From Candidatus Obscuribacteraceae bacterium (lineage in GTDB: Bacteria > Cyanobacteriota > Vampirovibrionia > Obscuribacterales > Obscuribacteraceae), in assembly GCA_044229845.1 (NCBI GenBank), contig JBGASG010000005.1:96001-160000 (forward strand): 64,000 nucleotides of DNA, in the 5' to 3' direction. Below, in pieces: positions 29,461-39,554 of the stretch (its first letter is position 1; the number at the start of each line of letters is the position of its first letter). Under the pieces are notes generated by a model. It saw only the letters and a list, made by a program, of their open reading frames with translations. It had not been told where the DNA came from and ran no database searches. The position numbers and the translations under genes are program-made.

Positions 29461-29994
29461 ATGGTGACCTCAGTATCGACTGGCGTCAAACTCGTGTCGA
29501 AGCCCTACAAGAAAAGGGCTGGTCTTGTTCCTATGACCATTTTTCTGGCTATCGGCTTCACCTTCTCCTGCCTGTGGCTGATCACCGCCGGCTGGCTGAT
29601 TGCGCAAGGCAGCCAGGACCTGCGCATCTGGGGGATAGTGATGGCCATGTGCACGCTGGCGTATTGCGGCTATCTGAGCCTGGCGGCATACAAGCTGCTC
29701 GGCGACGGCAAGCGCGACTACATGGTGGAACTCACCGATTCCGAAGTCGTGCTCAACGTCATCGATCACCTGCACCATAAACGCGGCACGCAGATGGTGT
29801 TGCTCAATGATGTGCGGTATGCGGAGTACTATCCGTTTCCGGATTCGGCAAGCGTCATTTTGCACACCCCGTACACGTCCATGGAGGTGCCGCTGTGGCC
29901 ATTCGGGACGCAGGCGCAAGATGTGATTGACTTCCTGGAAGGCAGCGGCGTGCGCATCTGCAATGTCGTCACCGACGACCCCATCCCCGACTAG
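29461..29994 (+). CDS. Two-TM hypothetical protein
   Basis: GGAG RBS, two TM helices then a soluble beta-rich domain. Confidence 0.7.
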   Translation: MVTSVSTGVKLVSKPYKKRAGLVPMTIFLAIGFTFSCLWLITAGWLIAQGSQDLRIWGIVMAMCTLAYCGYLSLAAYKLLGDGKRDYMVELTDSEVVLNVIDHLHHKRGTQMVLLNDVRYAEYYPFPDSASVILHTPYTSMEVPLWPFGTQAQDVIDFLEGSGVRICNVVTDDPIPD

Positions 29995-30072
29995 GTTTGC
30001 AGACTGATTGGATTGAGCCACACCATATGCGGTGCGTGCCAACACGAAGGCATGGCCGAAGCGCGCAAAGAG

Positions 30073-30102
30073 AAACCGGCGCCTCTTGCGAAGCGCCGGT
30101 TT
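30073..30102. terminator. Probable bidirectional terminator between convergent genes
   Basis: AAACCGGCGC / GCGCCGGTTT stem. Confidence 0.65.
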
Positions 30103-30145
30103 GTGATCTCAAACTTGCAACTCAGTTTTGCAACCGGCGTTTAGT

Positions 30146-30640
30146 TTAGCCGCAGCACATGCCATCTTTGCTGAAGGTGATTTGGGCTTTTTCGCCGACC
30201 ATCTTCATTTCGCCCTTGAAGCCGAACTCTTTGGCCAGCTTTTCGGTGTGCTCAGCGAACATCTTGCCCATTTTTTCCATGTTTTCGGGCTTGAAGTTCG
30301 GGTCTTTTTGCATTTGTTCGAAACAAGCGCAGGTTTCGTATTCCATAGAAGCGGACTTCTCGTCGCCCCAGAATACGATCTTGCTACCAAATACGTTGGT
30401 TTCAAACTCGGCCATGGCTTTGATCAATTCCAGAGGGGTTTTGACGCCGACGGACTTGAAGAATTCAACTTTGTTCTTGAGCATTTGCTCTTGATGTTGT
30501 TGGAGAGCGTCTCCGCCGATCTTCTCGAGAAGGGCGCTGGTGCTCATGCAGTTGCGCGAGAAAACGCGGACTGCTTCTTGTTGAATCTTGTCGATGGACC
30601 AGGTTTGTTGAACGCGTTCTTTGGTGGTAGCTGTCGTCAT
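30146..30640 (-). CDS. Hypothetical protein (possible V4R/ATC-hydrolase-like fold) ending in CCG
   Basis: GGAGG RBS; YETCAC motif; fold call is weak. Confidence 0.7.
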   Translation of the reverse strand: MTTATTKERVQQTWSIDKIQQEAVRVFSRNCMSTSALLEKIGGDALQQHQEQMLKNKVEFFKSVGVKTPLELIKAMAEFETNVFGSKIVFWGDEKSASMEYETCACFEQMQKDPNFKPENMEKMGKMFAEHTEKLAKEFGFKGEMKMVGEKAQITFSKDGMCCG

Positions 30641-30660
30641 GCTTAGGAATCCCTCCGATT

Positions 30661-30699
30661 AAAAAGCCAACTGCGCTACAGTGTATGCAGCGCAGTTGG
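30661..30699 (-). terminator. Intrinsic terminator after the GlsB-like gene
   Basis: CCAACTGCGCT/AGCGCAGTTGG stem followed by CTTTTT on the minus strand. Confidence 0.6.
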
Positions 30700-30759
30700 G
30701 AAGTCGCGAAATTCGCGGTTGATTCTTAACTATTCATCATTGCAGGCGAGCGTGAGCTT

Positions 30760-31026
30760 TTAGGCGCGTCCGCGGCTAATTCCACGAGCCAGAAGATGGA
30801 ATAAGAAGATCAAAAGAGCCGAGCCAAGAATGGCCGGAAGCAGAGGCACGCCGGCCAACGACGGGCCGAGAGCGCCGAACAATGAGCCGCCTGCCCAGGC
30901 GCCCAAAACACCGACGATAACCGAGGCGAGGAATCCGCCAGGGACCGTTCCGGGAACCAGGTACGCGCCCATCCAGGCACAAGCACTGGCTACAAGCAAG
31001 TACATGATAAACATCAGGATTTCCAT
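30760..31026 (-). CDS. GlsB/YeaQ/YmgE (transglycosylase-associated) membrane protein
   Basis: GGFLASVIVGVLGAWAGG...PAILGS; GGAGG RBS. Confidence 0.85.
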   Translation of the reverse strand: MEILMFIMYLLVASACAWMGAYLVPGTVPGGFLASVIVGVLGAWAGGSLFGALGPSLAGVPLLPAILGSALLIFLFHLLARGISRGRA

Positions 31027-31148
31027 TTTTCACTGTCCTCCAGTTTCTGCGCATAGTGTCGAGTTGGCGGGCGGAAAAGTTCCGGCTCAGCTTAAATGCT
31101 GCGCCTGGTGGGCGGGACACCGGATTTGGTGCCTGTTATGATTGCCAT

Positions 31149-32009
31149 ATGCCTACGTACACAGTGCAAGCGATCAACATCGGCAGCTTCAACCTAGGGG
31201 AAGCGGACAAGGTACTGACGCTGTTCACTGCGGAGAAAGGGCTGGTGCGGGCGGTCGCGAAAGGCTCACGCAAGCCCGGTACGAAAATGGCGGGTCGCGC
31301 CGATCTATTGAATGTCAATAAGCTTTTTCTTTCAACCGGCAAGACATTCGAAATCATCACTCAGGCCGAAACTATTGATAGCTTTCCGGCTCTGCGCGGG
31401 GATCTTTTGCGCTTGTCCTATGGTCTCTACTACGCCGAATTGAGCCATCAGTTCGCGCAGGGATTGTCGGACGAAAGCTGTATCTATTTTGAATATCTTC
31501 GACATGCTTTGCATTTGCAAGCTGCCCAGCTGGCTGATGCCAACTGGCTTTCTCTGGAATTCGAATTAGGTCTGCTCGACTTGCTTGGCTATCGCCCGGA
31601 AGTTACATACTGCGTTTTGTGCCGCGAAGTTTTGACCGAGTACAACATTGCTTGTTTCAACACCGAACTGGGCGGAGTGCTCTGCTCCCGCTGTTCGCAA
31701 CCTGACTATCTGCTGCGCGAGGGTATGGAGGAAGTTTTGCAACGCGAAGGAAGCGCTTGGAAAGCCGGAATTCATGTGACGCCTCTGGTCTGGAAAAATG
31801 TCGTTCTGGGTGGTGACCGGCGCATATCCACGTCACCCCCGGAAGACCTATCAAATCTGCCGGCAGGCCCATGGAATGCCGCCCAGTCCGGTTCCAACGC
31901 CACTCGCCTGTCGGTCAACGCCGCCCGCCGCCTCACCCAGTCTTACCTGGAACACCGGGCTGGCAGACGCATGAAGGCACTGGATTTGTTGGCGGAAATT
32001 AAAGCTTAG
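31149..32009 (+). CDS. recO: DNA repair protein RecO
   Basis: LGEADKVLTLFT..GLVRAVAKG, CVLC/CSRC zinc finger. Confidence 0.92.
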   Translation: MPTYTVQAINIGSFNLGEADKVLTLFTAEKGLVRAVAKGSRKPGTKMAGRADLLNVNKLFLSTGKTFEIITQAETIDSFPALRGDLLRLSYGLYYAELSHQFAQGLSDESCIYFEYLRHALHLQAAQLADANWLSLEFELGLLDLLGYRPEVTYCVLCREVLTEYNIACFNTELGGVLCSRCSQPDYLLREGMEEVLQREGSAWKAGIHVTPLVWKNVVLGGDRRISTSPPEDLSNLPAGPWNAAQSGSNATRLSVNAARRLTQSYLEHRAGRRMKALDLLAEIKA

Positions 32010-32080
32010 GAGCTTCACGCTCGGGCGCGATAGCCGCAAACCCAGTAAAATAGAGCCGTTGCGTCTTAAGGAGGGTTCCC

Positions 32081-33337
32081 GTGGCGAACCTTAAGGACAC
32101 TGATTCGGAAGTGTTTCAGGCTATTCAGGACGAACTGCATCGTCAACAGAACGGTCTCGAGCTGATTGCCAGCGAAAACTTTGTTTCGCCGGCGGTGCTG
32201 GAGGCACAGGGTTCCGTGCTCACCAACAAGTATGCCGAAGGGTTGCCTGGCAAGCGCTACTACGGCGGATGCGAATACGTCGATGTGGTTGAGAAACTGG
32301 CCATAGATCGGGTCAAGAAGTTGTTCAATGCGCCGCACGCCAACGTGCAACCGCACAGCGGCGCCCAGGCCAACATGGCTGTTTACTTCGCGATGCTGCA
32401 GCCCGGTGACACCATTCTCGGCATGCGCCTCGATCAAGGCGGACACTTGACGCACGGCTCGAAGGTGAACATGTCGGGCAAGTGGTTCAAGTCGGAATTC
32501 TATGGTGTCAATCCGGAGACCGGGCGCATTGATTTTGATGATGTGGCGCGTGCTGCTAAAGAGCACAAGCCGAAGATTATCGTCTGCGGTGCCAGCAACT
32601 ATCCGCGTATCATCGATTTCGCCAAGTTCAGAGAAATCGCCGATAGTGTCGGCGCTTTGCTGATGGCAGATATCGCTCACATTGCCGGACTGGTGGCGGC
32701 GGGCTTGCATCCGAATCCGTTCCCGCATGCTCAATTCGTCACCACCACCACCCACAAAACGCTGCGCGGTCCGCGCGGCGGCGTGGTCATGTGCACTGAA
32801 GAACATGCTGCCGCCATCGATAAATCTGTTTTTCCCGGCATCCAGGGAGGTCCGCTCATGCATGTGATCGCCGCCAAGGCGGTGGCGTTCCACGAGGCAG
32901 CCCAGCCGGCTTTCGGTGAATATCAAAAACGCATCGTGGCTAATGCCAAGCAACTGGCGGAAACCCTGATCGATCAGGGGCTTGCCATCGTATCTGGTGG
33001 CACCGATAATCATCTGATGACGGCGGATCTGCGACCGATCAATATGACCGGCAAGGAAGCGCAAGAACTTCTGGAGACGGTGCACATCACCACCAATAAA
33101 AACCAGATTCCCAATGACCCCCAGAAGCCCAATTTCACCAGCGGCATTCGCATCGGCACCCCGGCAGTTTCCTCGCGGGGTATGGGAACGCCCGAGATGG
33201 TCGTCATCGGCGAGTGCATCGCTGACAAGCTCAAGAACCCGCAAGACAATCAGGTCCACGAGAAAGTCACCAAACGCGTTGGAGAACTATGTCAGAAATT
33301 CCCACTCTACAGCGACCGTCTGGTCTCGGTGAAGTGA
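32081..33337 (+). CDS. glyA: Serine hydroxymethyltransferase
   Basis: [45 protein letters not shown]. Confidence 0.98.
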   Translation: MANLKDTDSEVFQAIQDELHRQQNGLELIASENFVSPAVLEAQGSVLTNKYAEGLPGKRYYGGCEYVDVVEKLAIDRVKKLFNAPHANVQPHSGAQANMAVYFAMLQPGDTILGMRLDQGGHLTHGSKVNMSGKWFKSEFYGVNPETGRIDFDDVARAAKEHKPKIIVCGASNYPRIIDFAKFREIADSVGALLMADIAHIAGLVAAGLHPNPFPHAQFVTTTTHKTLRGPRGGVVMCTEEHAAAIDKSVFPGIQGGPLMHVIAAKAVAFHEAAQPAFGEYQKRIVANAKQLAETLIDQGLAIVSGGTDNHLMTADLRPINMTGKEAQELLETVHITTNKNQIPNDPQKPNFTSGIRIGTPAVSSRGMGTPEMVVIGECIADKLKNPQDNQVHEKVTKRVGELCQKFPLYSDRLVSVK

Positions 33338-34647
33338 ACGAAGCTGCTCCAAAAGACGAAACGGCTTCCACCAGGCGTCGGGCTTCATCAGTTGTAATTC
33401 GCGGCTTCCAGTTGTTGCTGCTGATCGTCGGCGTGGTCTTCACGGTGGTGCCGATCCCCGGCATCGCCGCCGGCGGACATTTGGATCAGACGCACCTACC
33501 GGCTTTCTTAATCGCTCTCTCGATCAGCTGGTGGTTGACGCCGGAAATCAGGTCGCGTGCTGTGCGATTGAAGCTGGTCGACCAACCCGGAGACCCGCGG
33601 CGCATCCACAAGGTGGCAGTGCCGCGCCTGGGCGGTGTGGCGATATTTATTGCCATCGTCACCACGCTTTGTGCCGAAATGGCTTTGTGCGGAAGGTTTC
33701 CCCGCGAAGGCGGGCTGGCCGGTATTGCGGCCGGTGGCACCTTGATTTTCGTTCTCGGACTTTTGGATGACCTGGAATCTATACCGGCTAAGGTTAAGCT
33801 TCTGGTGCAGGTCCTGGCCGCCTGGACGGCTTACACACTAGGGGTGCGCATCGACGAATATGTCGGCATTCCCCTGCCCGGCGTCATCGTCGATTTCGGT
33901 CCGATTCACATCCATGAATATGTGCGCGTCGGACATCTGGCATTGCCTCTGACAATCATGTGGCTGGTCGGCATTACCAACGCGGTCAATTTGATCGATG
34001 GTATGGATGGACTGGCAGCCGGCGTCTCCGCCATTTCGGCAGTGACCATCTGGTCGATTGCCATGGCCCCAGGCGAAGGTATGCTGGCTCACTTGCACCA
34101 GCCCTATCCGGCTTTGATCGCTGCTGTGTTGGCGGGAGCGTTGTGTGGTTTCTTGCGCTGGAACTTCAACCCCGCCCGCATATTTCTGGGCGATTCAGGA
34201 GCCTATCTGGTGGGGTTTGTTTTGGCATCCGTTGCCATCACCGCCGTGATCAAAAAGATTACTTTGCTGAGTATCGCGCTGCCGATGCTGATTCTCTTTT
34301 TCCCGGTTGCGGACACGACCTGGGCGATCATCAGGAGGACAGCCAGGGGGCAATCAGTGTTCGCCCCGGATGCGGAGCACATTCACCATCGTCTGCTGAA
34401 GAAACTAAAAGGTTCGCAGAAGAAAACGGCTTATGTGATCTACGGTTTCTCGGCTATCTTAGGTTTCTTCGCGTGCTCGCTGGTCGGGCAGCAGTGGTAT
34501 TACCTGTCGGTGGGCACGGCAATTCTCGCGATGGCGCTCTTCTTCGCCGAAGTGCTCAATCGCGGTCGCCAGCGCAAAGGCGAATCGGCTGGTCCCGCGC
34601 CCGACGAGCCACCCGACCTGGTGCCCGGCGAATCGCCCGCCCAGTAG
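33334..34647 (+). CDS. MraY/WecA(TagO)-family undecaprenyl-phosphate GlcNAc-1-P transferase
   Basis: [39 protein letters not shown] overlap with the glyA stop. Confidence 0.92.
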   Translation: MNEAAPKDETASTRRRASSVVIRGFQLLLLIVGVVFTVVPIPGIAAGGHLDQTHLPAFLIALSISWWLTPEIRSRAVRLKLVDQPGDPRRIHKVAVPRLGGVAIFIAIVTTLCAEMALCGRFPREGGLAGIAAGGTLIFVLGLLDDLESIPAKVKLLVQVLAAWTAYTLGVRIDEYVGIPLPGVIVDFGPIHIHEYVRVGHLALPLTIMWLVGITNAVNLIDGMDGLAAGVSAISAVTIWSIAMAPGEGMLAHLHQPYPALIAAVLAGALCGFLRWNFNPARIFLGDSGAYLVGFVLASVAITAVIKKITLLSIALPMLILFFPVADTTWAIIRRTARGQSVFAPDAEHIHHRLLKKLKGSQKKTAYVIYGFSAILGFFACSLVGQQWYYLSVGTAILAMALFFAEVLNRGRQRKGESAGPAPDEPPDLVPGESPAQ

Positions 34648-34677
34648 AAGTCGCCCGCCATCCACCGCGGTGGGACA

Positions 34678-34798
34678 ATATACGCTATTCGTATGCCAAA
34701 TCAAAATTGGCATACTCTATTGGTATATTGTCGGTGCTTCGGCCTTATATACGCTATTCGTATGCCAAATCGCATTTGGCATACCCTATTGGTATATT
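34678..34798. repeat. Two 52-bp direct repeats, each internally palindromic
   Basis: 34678-34729 and 34747-34798, 48/52 identical; core GTATGCCAAAT-N3-ATTTGGCATAC is perfect in copy 2. Confidence 0.9.
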
Positions 34799-34800
34799 AT

Positions 34801-34886
34801 GCTGCAAATCGCAAAGCCACCACCTGCGGTGTCCACCCTCAAAGGAAATGGAAACCCACAGTGATGGCAAAGCTCGTTTTAGCAGT
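34801..34886 (-). ncRNA. Putative long structured hairpin RNA element
   Basis: Minus-strand stems GCCATCAC/GTGGTGGC, TGTGG/CCGCA, TCCATTT/GGGTGGA close with G-U pairs; CTGC/GCAG at the base. Confidence 0.35.
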
Positions 34887-34922
34887 CCTCAGCGTCTAGA
34901 TAACCTCGGGGTGACCCGTTCG

Positions 34923-35204
34923 CTAGGAAGCCTTGCGTCCTCTCGCTTGTCCGCCCTTGCGACCCGCTTCGCGGGCCTCTTCGGACGAAAACTCGTGAGC
35001 GGTGCCCTTGGCGTGAGCAGCCTTTCCACCTTTGCTGGCTATCTCACGTTGTTTTTCAGGGTCCATGGAAGCAAAACCACGTCCGCGTTTCGGTCTTTGC
35101 GGTTCGGCCATCGAGCGTTGTTGCTCGTCCATTTGTCCTGATTCCAGGTTGCTGACTTGTTGTTGCTCATCAGCGCCCGGATTTTCTCTATCTAGCATGG
35201 TCAT
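34923..35204 (-). CDS. KGG-domain general stress protein (Con-10/YciG/GsiB-like)
   Basis: RGFASMDPEKQREIASKGG...EAREAGRKGG; GGAGG RBS. Confidence 0.92.
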   Translation of the reverse strand: MTMLDRENPGADEQQQVSNLESGQMDEQQRSMAEPQRPKRGRGFASMDPEKQREIASKGGKAAHAKGTAHEFSSEEAREAGRKGGQARGRKAS

Positions 35205-35319
35205 TACCCTCCTCCGTTCTTGGAGCTTCTGACTGCTGATGTTCTGCCGTTACATCAATCAGTTCATCCATCATTGGTTTGAATGGGCTGACGAATGTTA
35301 GTTCTTGAGGTTCCAACGG

Positions 35320-37284
35320 TTATTGACCATGTGCTTTCAGATCATCTAACGTGACCTGCCGGGATGCCGCCTGCTTGAGCTTTCCCGCCGATTTGAGGTC
35401 TTGCACCAGGTCCTCGATCAGCTGTGATTCTTTAATCTGTCCCCCCTTCATATCTTCGAGGACGCGCTCATCAAGTGCCACTGCTTTATCGAACTGCTTC
35501 AGTTCGCGATACTTATATTGGAGGCTGATTATCGCTTCGAATGCTTCACCCGTCGCCATGCGTTTGTTATAAGCGTGGTCCACGGTGGCAATGCACTCTT
35601 CCAGAAGTCGTGCCGCCTCAGGAGTGTGTCCTTGAATCGCGATGCTCTCGGCGAGTGATGTATAGGTCGAGACCAGTTCTCTGTACGTCTCCAATTTAGG
35701 TGCTCGGTGCTTGATTTCCGATTTATAGGCGTCAAGCGTTCGGCGCAGAAGAGCGATTTCGAGGGGCTGTGATTCAAGGATGGACTGTTGTCCGATGTCA
35801 AAAGACATGTTACTGAGCATGGACGCCGGAGGCGTTCCTAAAGATGGATTTTGATCGTAGAGTTCGAGAACGCGCGCGTAGTGCCGGTAGGCGGCTGCAT
35901 GCAATATGCCTTTGCTCGCGTCATCCAGTCCGTCTTCCAGCGCCTTTTCGTGAGCCTTATCAGCGATCTTTTTATTGAGTTCGATCTGATACGGGATCGG
36001 CAGGTTGTGATCTTTGGCCAGGTTCAGTACTTGTCCCCAGGAGTTGTATGCCGACCCGGGACTGAAGTGATACGGGCGCCCCAGCATTTTATCTGCGTTG
36101 TTAGTGTGAAACTTGATCATGGAATCTGCAGTGAATGTCGACAGATGTGAGGCGGCTGTCCATGCAGCCACGCCGCCTGCGATCAAAAGGCAGGTCAATA
36201 AAAGAAACGCCCGCGGTGGTAACTGTTTGTTGCGATCGCGTTTCTTGAAACTGGCGATGGCGCGCAGCCAGCGCCGGCGCAACTTTGCGGTCAGCGAAGA
36301 TTTTGGTCGTCGATTGGCGTTCAGATCCTTTTGCAACTGCAAAAGTTCGCATCTGATCTCGAAAATCGATTTTGGTCGCAGCGTCGGATCTTTTTCCAGG
36401 CAGCTGAGAATCAAAAGATCGAGTGTTTCCGGAACACCCAGTTCCGGGCGCACGCTCGACGGCGACGGTGGGGTTTCTTTGACGTGATTGACGATTGTTT
36501 GAATGGCATTGTCGCCGGCGAAAGGCGGCTTGCCAGTGAGGCATTCGTACATGACCACGCCCAGCGAATAAATGTCCGAACGGCTGTCGAGAGCGATCCC
36601 CAGGCATTGCTCCGGGCTCATGTAATTGGGGCTGCCGATCACGTCGCCGGTCTGCGTCACTTTTGGTCCGTCCTTGCTGACATTTTGTATGACGCGCGCA
36701 ATTCCGAAGTCGACAATCTTGATGTAATCTTCGCCGGCTTTCTGTTCGTTGAGCACCATGATGTTGCTGGGCTTCAGGTCGCGGTGCACGATGCCCTTGG
36801 CGTGGGCATGCTGGAGGGCGTCGGTGACTTGCAGAAATATGTTGAGAAACCGCGGCAAAGAAAGTTGCCCGACGTGCTGCAGAACATCGTCGAGGCTCTG
36901 TCCGTCAAGATAGTCCATGACCAGATAAGGCGTTCCGTCTGAGCCCACTCCCGAATCGTAGACAGAGACCAGATTCGGATGCGTCAACAAACTGGCGGCT
37001 TTCACTTCTTGAGCGAACCGCTGGACATTGATTGGATCGGCTGCCAATTCGCGGTGCAGGCACTTGATAGCCATGGTCTTATCAATTTTTTTGTGCTTAG
37101 CCTTGTACACGACGCCCATGCCGCCACTGCCGACGGTGCTGACCAGATCGTATTCGGATATGTTGTATCCCTTGTCCGGCTGGTGTGGGACCTCCACCAA
37201 CAGCGGCAGCGGCGGCTCTTCGTCCTGGGGAGCCGGGGGCGCCGTTTCTGCAAACGGTTTCTTTTCCTTGTCCCGTTGCGCCAT
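35320..37284 (-). CDS. Membrane Ser/Thr kinase with TPR-like C-terminal domain
   Basis: GSGGMG, HRDLKPSN, DFG, YMSPEQ, TM. Confidence 0.92.
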   Translation of the reverse strand: MAQRDKEKKPFAETAPPAPQDEEPPLPLLVEVPHQPDKGYNISEYDLVSTVGSGGMGVVYKAKHKKIDKTMAIKCLHRELAADPINVQRFAQEVKAASLLTHPNLVSVYDSGVGSDGTPYLVMDYLDGQSLDDVLQHVGQLSLPRFLNIFLQVTDALQHAHAKGIVHRDLKPSNIMVLNEQKAGEDYIKIVDFGIARVIQNVSKDGPKVTQTGDVIGSPNYMSPEQCLGIALDSRSDIYSLGVVMYECLTGKPPFAGDNAIQTIVNHVKETPPSPSSVRPELGVPETLDLLILSCLEKDPTLRPKSIFEIRCELLQLQKDLNANRRPKSSLTAKLRRRWLRAIASFKKRDRNKQLPPRAFLLLTCLLIAGGVAAWTAASHLSTFTADSMIKFHTNNADKMLGRPYHFSPGSAYNSWGQVLNLAKDHNLPIPYQIELNKKIADKAHEKALEDGLDDASKGILHAAAYRHYARVLELYDQNPSLGTPPASMLSNMSFDIGQQSILESQPLEIALLRRTLDAYKSEIKHRAPKLETYRELVSTYTSLAESIAIQGHTPEAARLLEECIATVDHAYNKRMATGEAFEAIISLQYKYRELKQFDKAVALDERVLEDMKGGQIKESQLIEDLVQDLKSAGKLKQAASRQVTLDDLKAHGQ

Positions 37285-37286
37285 GT

Positions 37287-39137
37287 TTATTTGTGCGCTC
37301 CGAGTTTTTCCTGATCTTCTTTAAGCTCTTCAGCGGCTTCGGCTGAATTGGCAGCACTGACTCCCATCAAGTCTTTATCTATTTCGACTGCTTTTTTATA
37401 ATCACCTTTGTGCCGGTAGAGATCTCTAAGGCTCAGCAAGTTGCCGTAGGCTTCCTGAGAGAATTGGGCGCCCGACCATTGTTTGGCCAAGGCAATGCTC
37501 TCTTCCAGCAACTCTATGGCTTCGTCTCTATGATTGGTGTAGTCCAATTTTTCAGCCAGGTACTGGTACGCCTGCATTGTGAGCATTACCGATGCCTGCG
37601 GCGCGTGGGATTCCAGCTCATCTTTGTGTAGTTTTACAGCCTGGCGTCCGTAATCTTCTCCGGAGCCATAACCCTCGACCTGACCGCTCTCGAAGAACAG
37701 GTGGTCGAGAATGGCTGCGGGCGGCGGACCCAGCTCAGGATGCTGAGCGAGAATCTCCAGCACACGCTTGTGATAGCGAATTGATTCTCGATATAAATCC
37801 TTCATTGCTTCGTTGCTGAGTTTGTCGTGAATGTGCAGTTCGTGGGAGTATTCGCCGAGGTGACTGTTCAGTTCGACTTGTGTTTTGGCGGACAGATTGT
37901 TTTTCTCCGCGATCAAAAGCGCTTCCTGGTATTTGTGGTTGGCGGCGGCCGGATCTTTGCCCAGCGTGGCAAGTTTTGCGTTTTCCATCAGTGCTGCGAC
38001 CTGTTTCTCGGGAGTCAGCTGAGATGAATCGATCGCGAAGCGATACCAGAAAACGCCGGCGCACAAAACAATCAGTCCGAGCACCGACAGGAACACGGCA
38101 GCTTCTCGACCAACGCTGAAGTTTTCGCGAGCGCGTTTGGCCATGCGCTGCACGCGTTCGCTCAAAGGCAGACTGCGTTTGCGACCGGTATATAGTTCGC
38201 CGCGCTGCAGTAGAAGTTCGATCCGAATGTCGTGCAGATTTTTCGGACGCAGCGCCGGGTCTTTTTCCAGACAACTCAAAATCAGGCTGTCCAGCTCTTG
38301 CGGAATACGCAGGTCGGGGCGCAGTTTAGACGGCGCAATCGGCTTGTCTTGCACGTGTTTGACGATCATTTGAATGGCGTTGTCGGCAGCAAATGGTGCC
38401 TTGCCGGTCAGGCACTCATACATAACGACACCCAACGAATAGATGTCGGAACTCCTGTCCAGACTTTTTCCCAGACACTGCTCGGGGCTCATGTAGACCG
38501 GGCTGCCGATCACATCGCCTGTCTGTGTAACTTGCGGTCCGTCTCTGGTGACTTCCTGAATTACTCGCGCAATGCCGAAGTCGACGATTTTGACGAAGTC
38601 GCTGACCGAAGACTCGTTGCCGACCAGCATGATGTTGCTGGGTTTTAAATCGCGATGCACGATGCCTTTGGCGTGGGCGTGATCCAGCGCCTCCGTCACT
38701 TGCAGAAAGATCTCGAGAAATCTCTCCAGGGGCAAGAACCCTTCTTTGCGCAGTGTATCGGCAAGACTTGAGCCTTCCAGGTAATCCATGACCAGATAGG
38801 GCGTGCCATCGTCAGTGATACCGGAGTCGTAGACCGAAACCAGATTTGCATGCGACAGCTGGCTGGCGGCGCGCACTTCCTGAGCGAATCTTTTGACGTT
38901 GGCTGCATCTGCTGCCAACTCGCGGTGCAGGCACTTGATGGCCATGGTTTTGTCGAGCTTTTTGTGTTTGGCTTTATAGACGACGCCCATACCGCCACTG
39001 CCGATGGTGTCGATCAAATCGTAGTCGGCGATGTCATTGCGTTGCTGCCCGTCAGGCGCTTCAACAATGGCGGGAGCCGCGGGACCTTCGTCCTCGGCGA
39101 AATTGTTTTTCTTCTTGTCACTGCCTGGGTTTGCCAT
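37287..39137 (-). CDS. Membrane Ser/Thr kinase, tandem paralog of 35320-37284
   Basis: Same kinase motifs and layout; ATG 39137. Confidence 0.92.
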   Translation of the reverse strand: MANPGSDKKKNNFAEDEGPAAPAIVEAPDGQQRNDIADYDLIDTIGSGGMGVVYKAKHKKLDKTMAIKCLHRELAADAANVKRFAQEVRAASQLSHANLVSVYDSGITDDGTPYLVMDYLEGSSLADTLRKEGFLPLERFLEIFLQVTEALDHAHAKGIVHRDLKPSNIMLVGNESSVSDFVKIVDFGIARVIQEVTRDGPQVTQTGDVIGSPVYMSPEQCLGKSLDRSSDIYSLGVVMYECLTGKAPFAADNAIQMIVKHVQDKPIAPSKLRPDLRIPQELDSLILSCLEKDPALRPKNLHDIRIELLLQRGELYTGRKRSLPLSERVQRMAKRARENFSVGREAAVFLSVLGLIVLCAGVFWYRFAIDSSQLTPEKQVAALMENAKLATLGKDPAAANHKYQEALLIAEKNNLSAKTQVELNSHLGEYSHELHIHDKLSNEAMKDLYRESIRYHKRVLEILAQHPELGPPPAAILDHLFFESGQVEGYGSGEDYGRQAVKLHKDELESHAPQASVMLTMQAYQYLAEKLDYTNHRDEAIELLEESIALAKQWSGAQFSQEAYGNLLSLRDLYRHKGDYKKAVEIDKDLMGVSAANSAEAAEELKEDQEKLGAHK

Positions 39138-39148
39138 CAATGCACATA

Positions 39149-39180
39149 ACACAAAGCCCGCCTTGACGCGGGCTTTGTGT
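39149..39180 (-). terminator. Hairpin/terminator downstream of 39197-39457
   Basis: 13-bp perfect stem ACACAAAGCCCGC/GCGGGCTTTGTGT. Confidence 0.6.
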
Positions 39181-39196
39181 ATCGGTTGGGAGTGAT

Positions 39197-39457
39197 TTAG
39201 AGGTTGCTTTCTTCTTCGTCCTTGGCGGCCTGCTCTTCCTCGGTCATTCGCCTGTAGCGCTCTTGCTCTGCCAGGTCGAATTCCTTTTTTTCTTCCATCT
39301 TCTTGCGCATCTTCTCTTCGAAGAATTTGCGCTCGGTAGCTTCGCGTTCTTTGCGACGAATCATTTCGTCAGCGCGACGTTTTTCCTCGCGAATCTTGTC
39401 TTCTTCGACTCTTTTGCGTTCTTCTTTGCGCTTTAACCGTTTATCGAGCCAACTCAT
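39197..39457 (-). CDS. Highly charged helical small protein
   Basis: E/K/R-rich; AGAGG RBS. Confidence 0.65.
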   Translation of the reverse strand: MSWLDKRLKRKEERKRVEEDKIREEKRRADEMIRRKEREATERKFFEEKMRKKMEEKKEFDLAEQERYRRMTEEEQAAKDEEESNL

Positions 39458-39554
39458 GACGCACAAACCTCTTTGCGTAGCCCTAGGGAGGGTTTCCTAT
39501 GTTCTATTGTGGTTCAAATCCTGGTCCCGGGCAAGCCCTGCCGATGTTAAAGCC

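Noticed and set aside
32066..33259. 397-aa minus-strand ORF
   Set aside because: Antisense shadow of glyA with no recognisable motifs
34683..34767. Sigma-54 promoters (TGGCATACGAATAGC, GG-N10-GC, minus strand, twice)
   Set aside because: Imperfect match, would fire antisense into the wecA-like gene, and sigma-54 presence in this genome is unknown
34678..34798. CRISPR array
   Set aside because: Only two units, a 52-bp repeat with a 17-bp spacer, and no cas genes in the window
34801..34886. SRP (4.5S) RNA or 6S RNA
   Set aside because: Lacks the SRP helix-8 CAGG...GNRA...AGCAG motif; too short for 6S and no central bubble evident
33960..35141. 393-aa plus-strand ORF crossing the repeats
   Set aside because: Out-of-frame overlap with the wecA-like gene and antisense to the KGG gene; Arg-rich with no protein-like features
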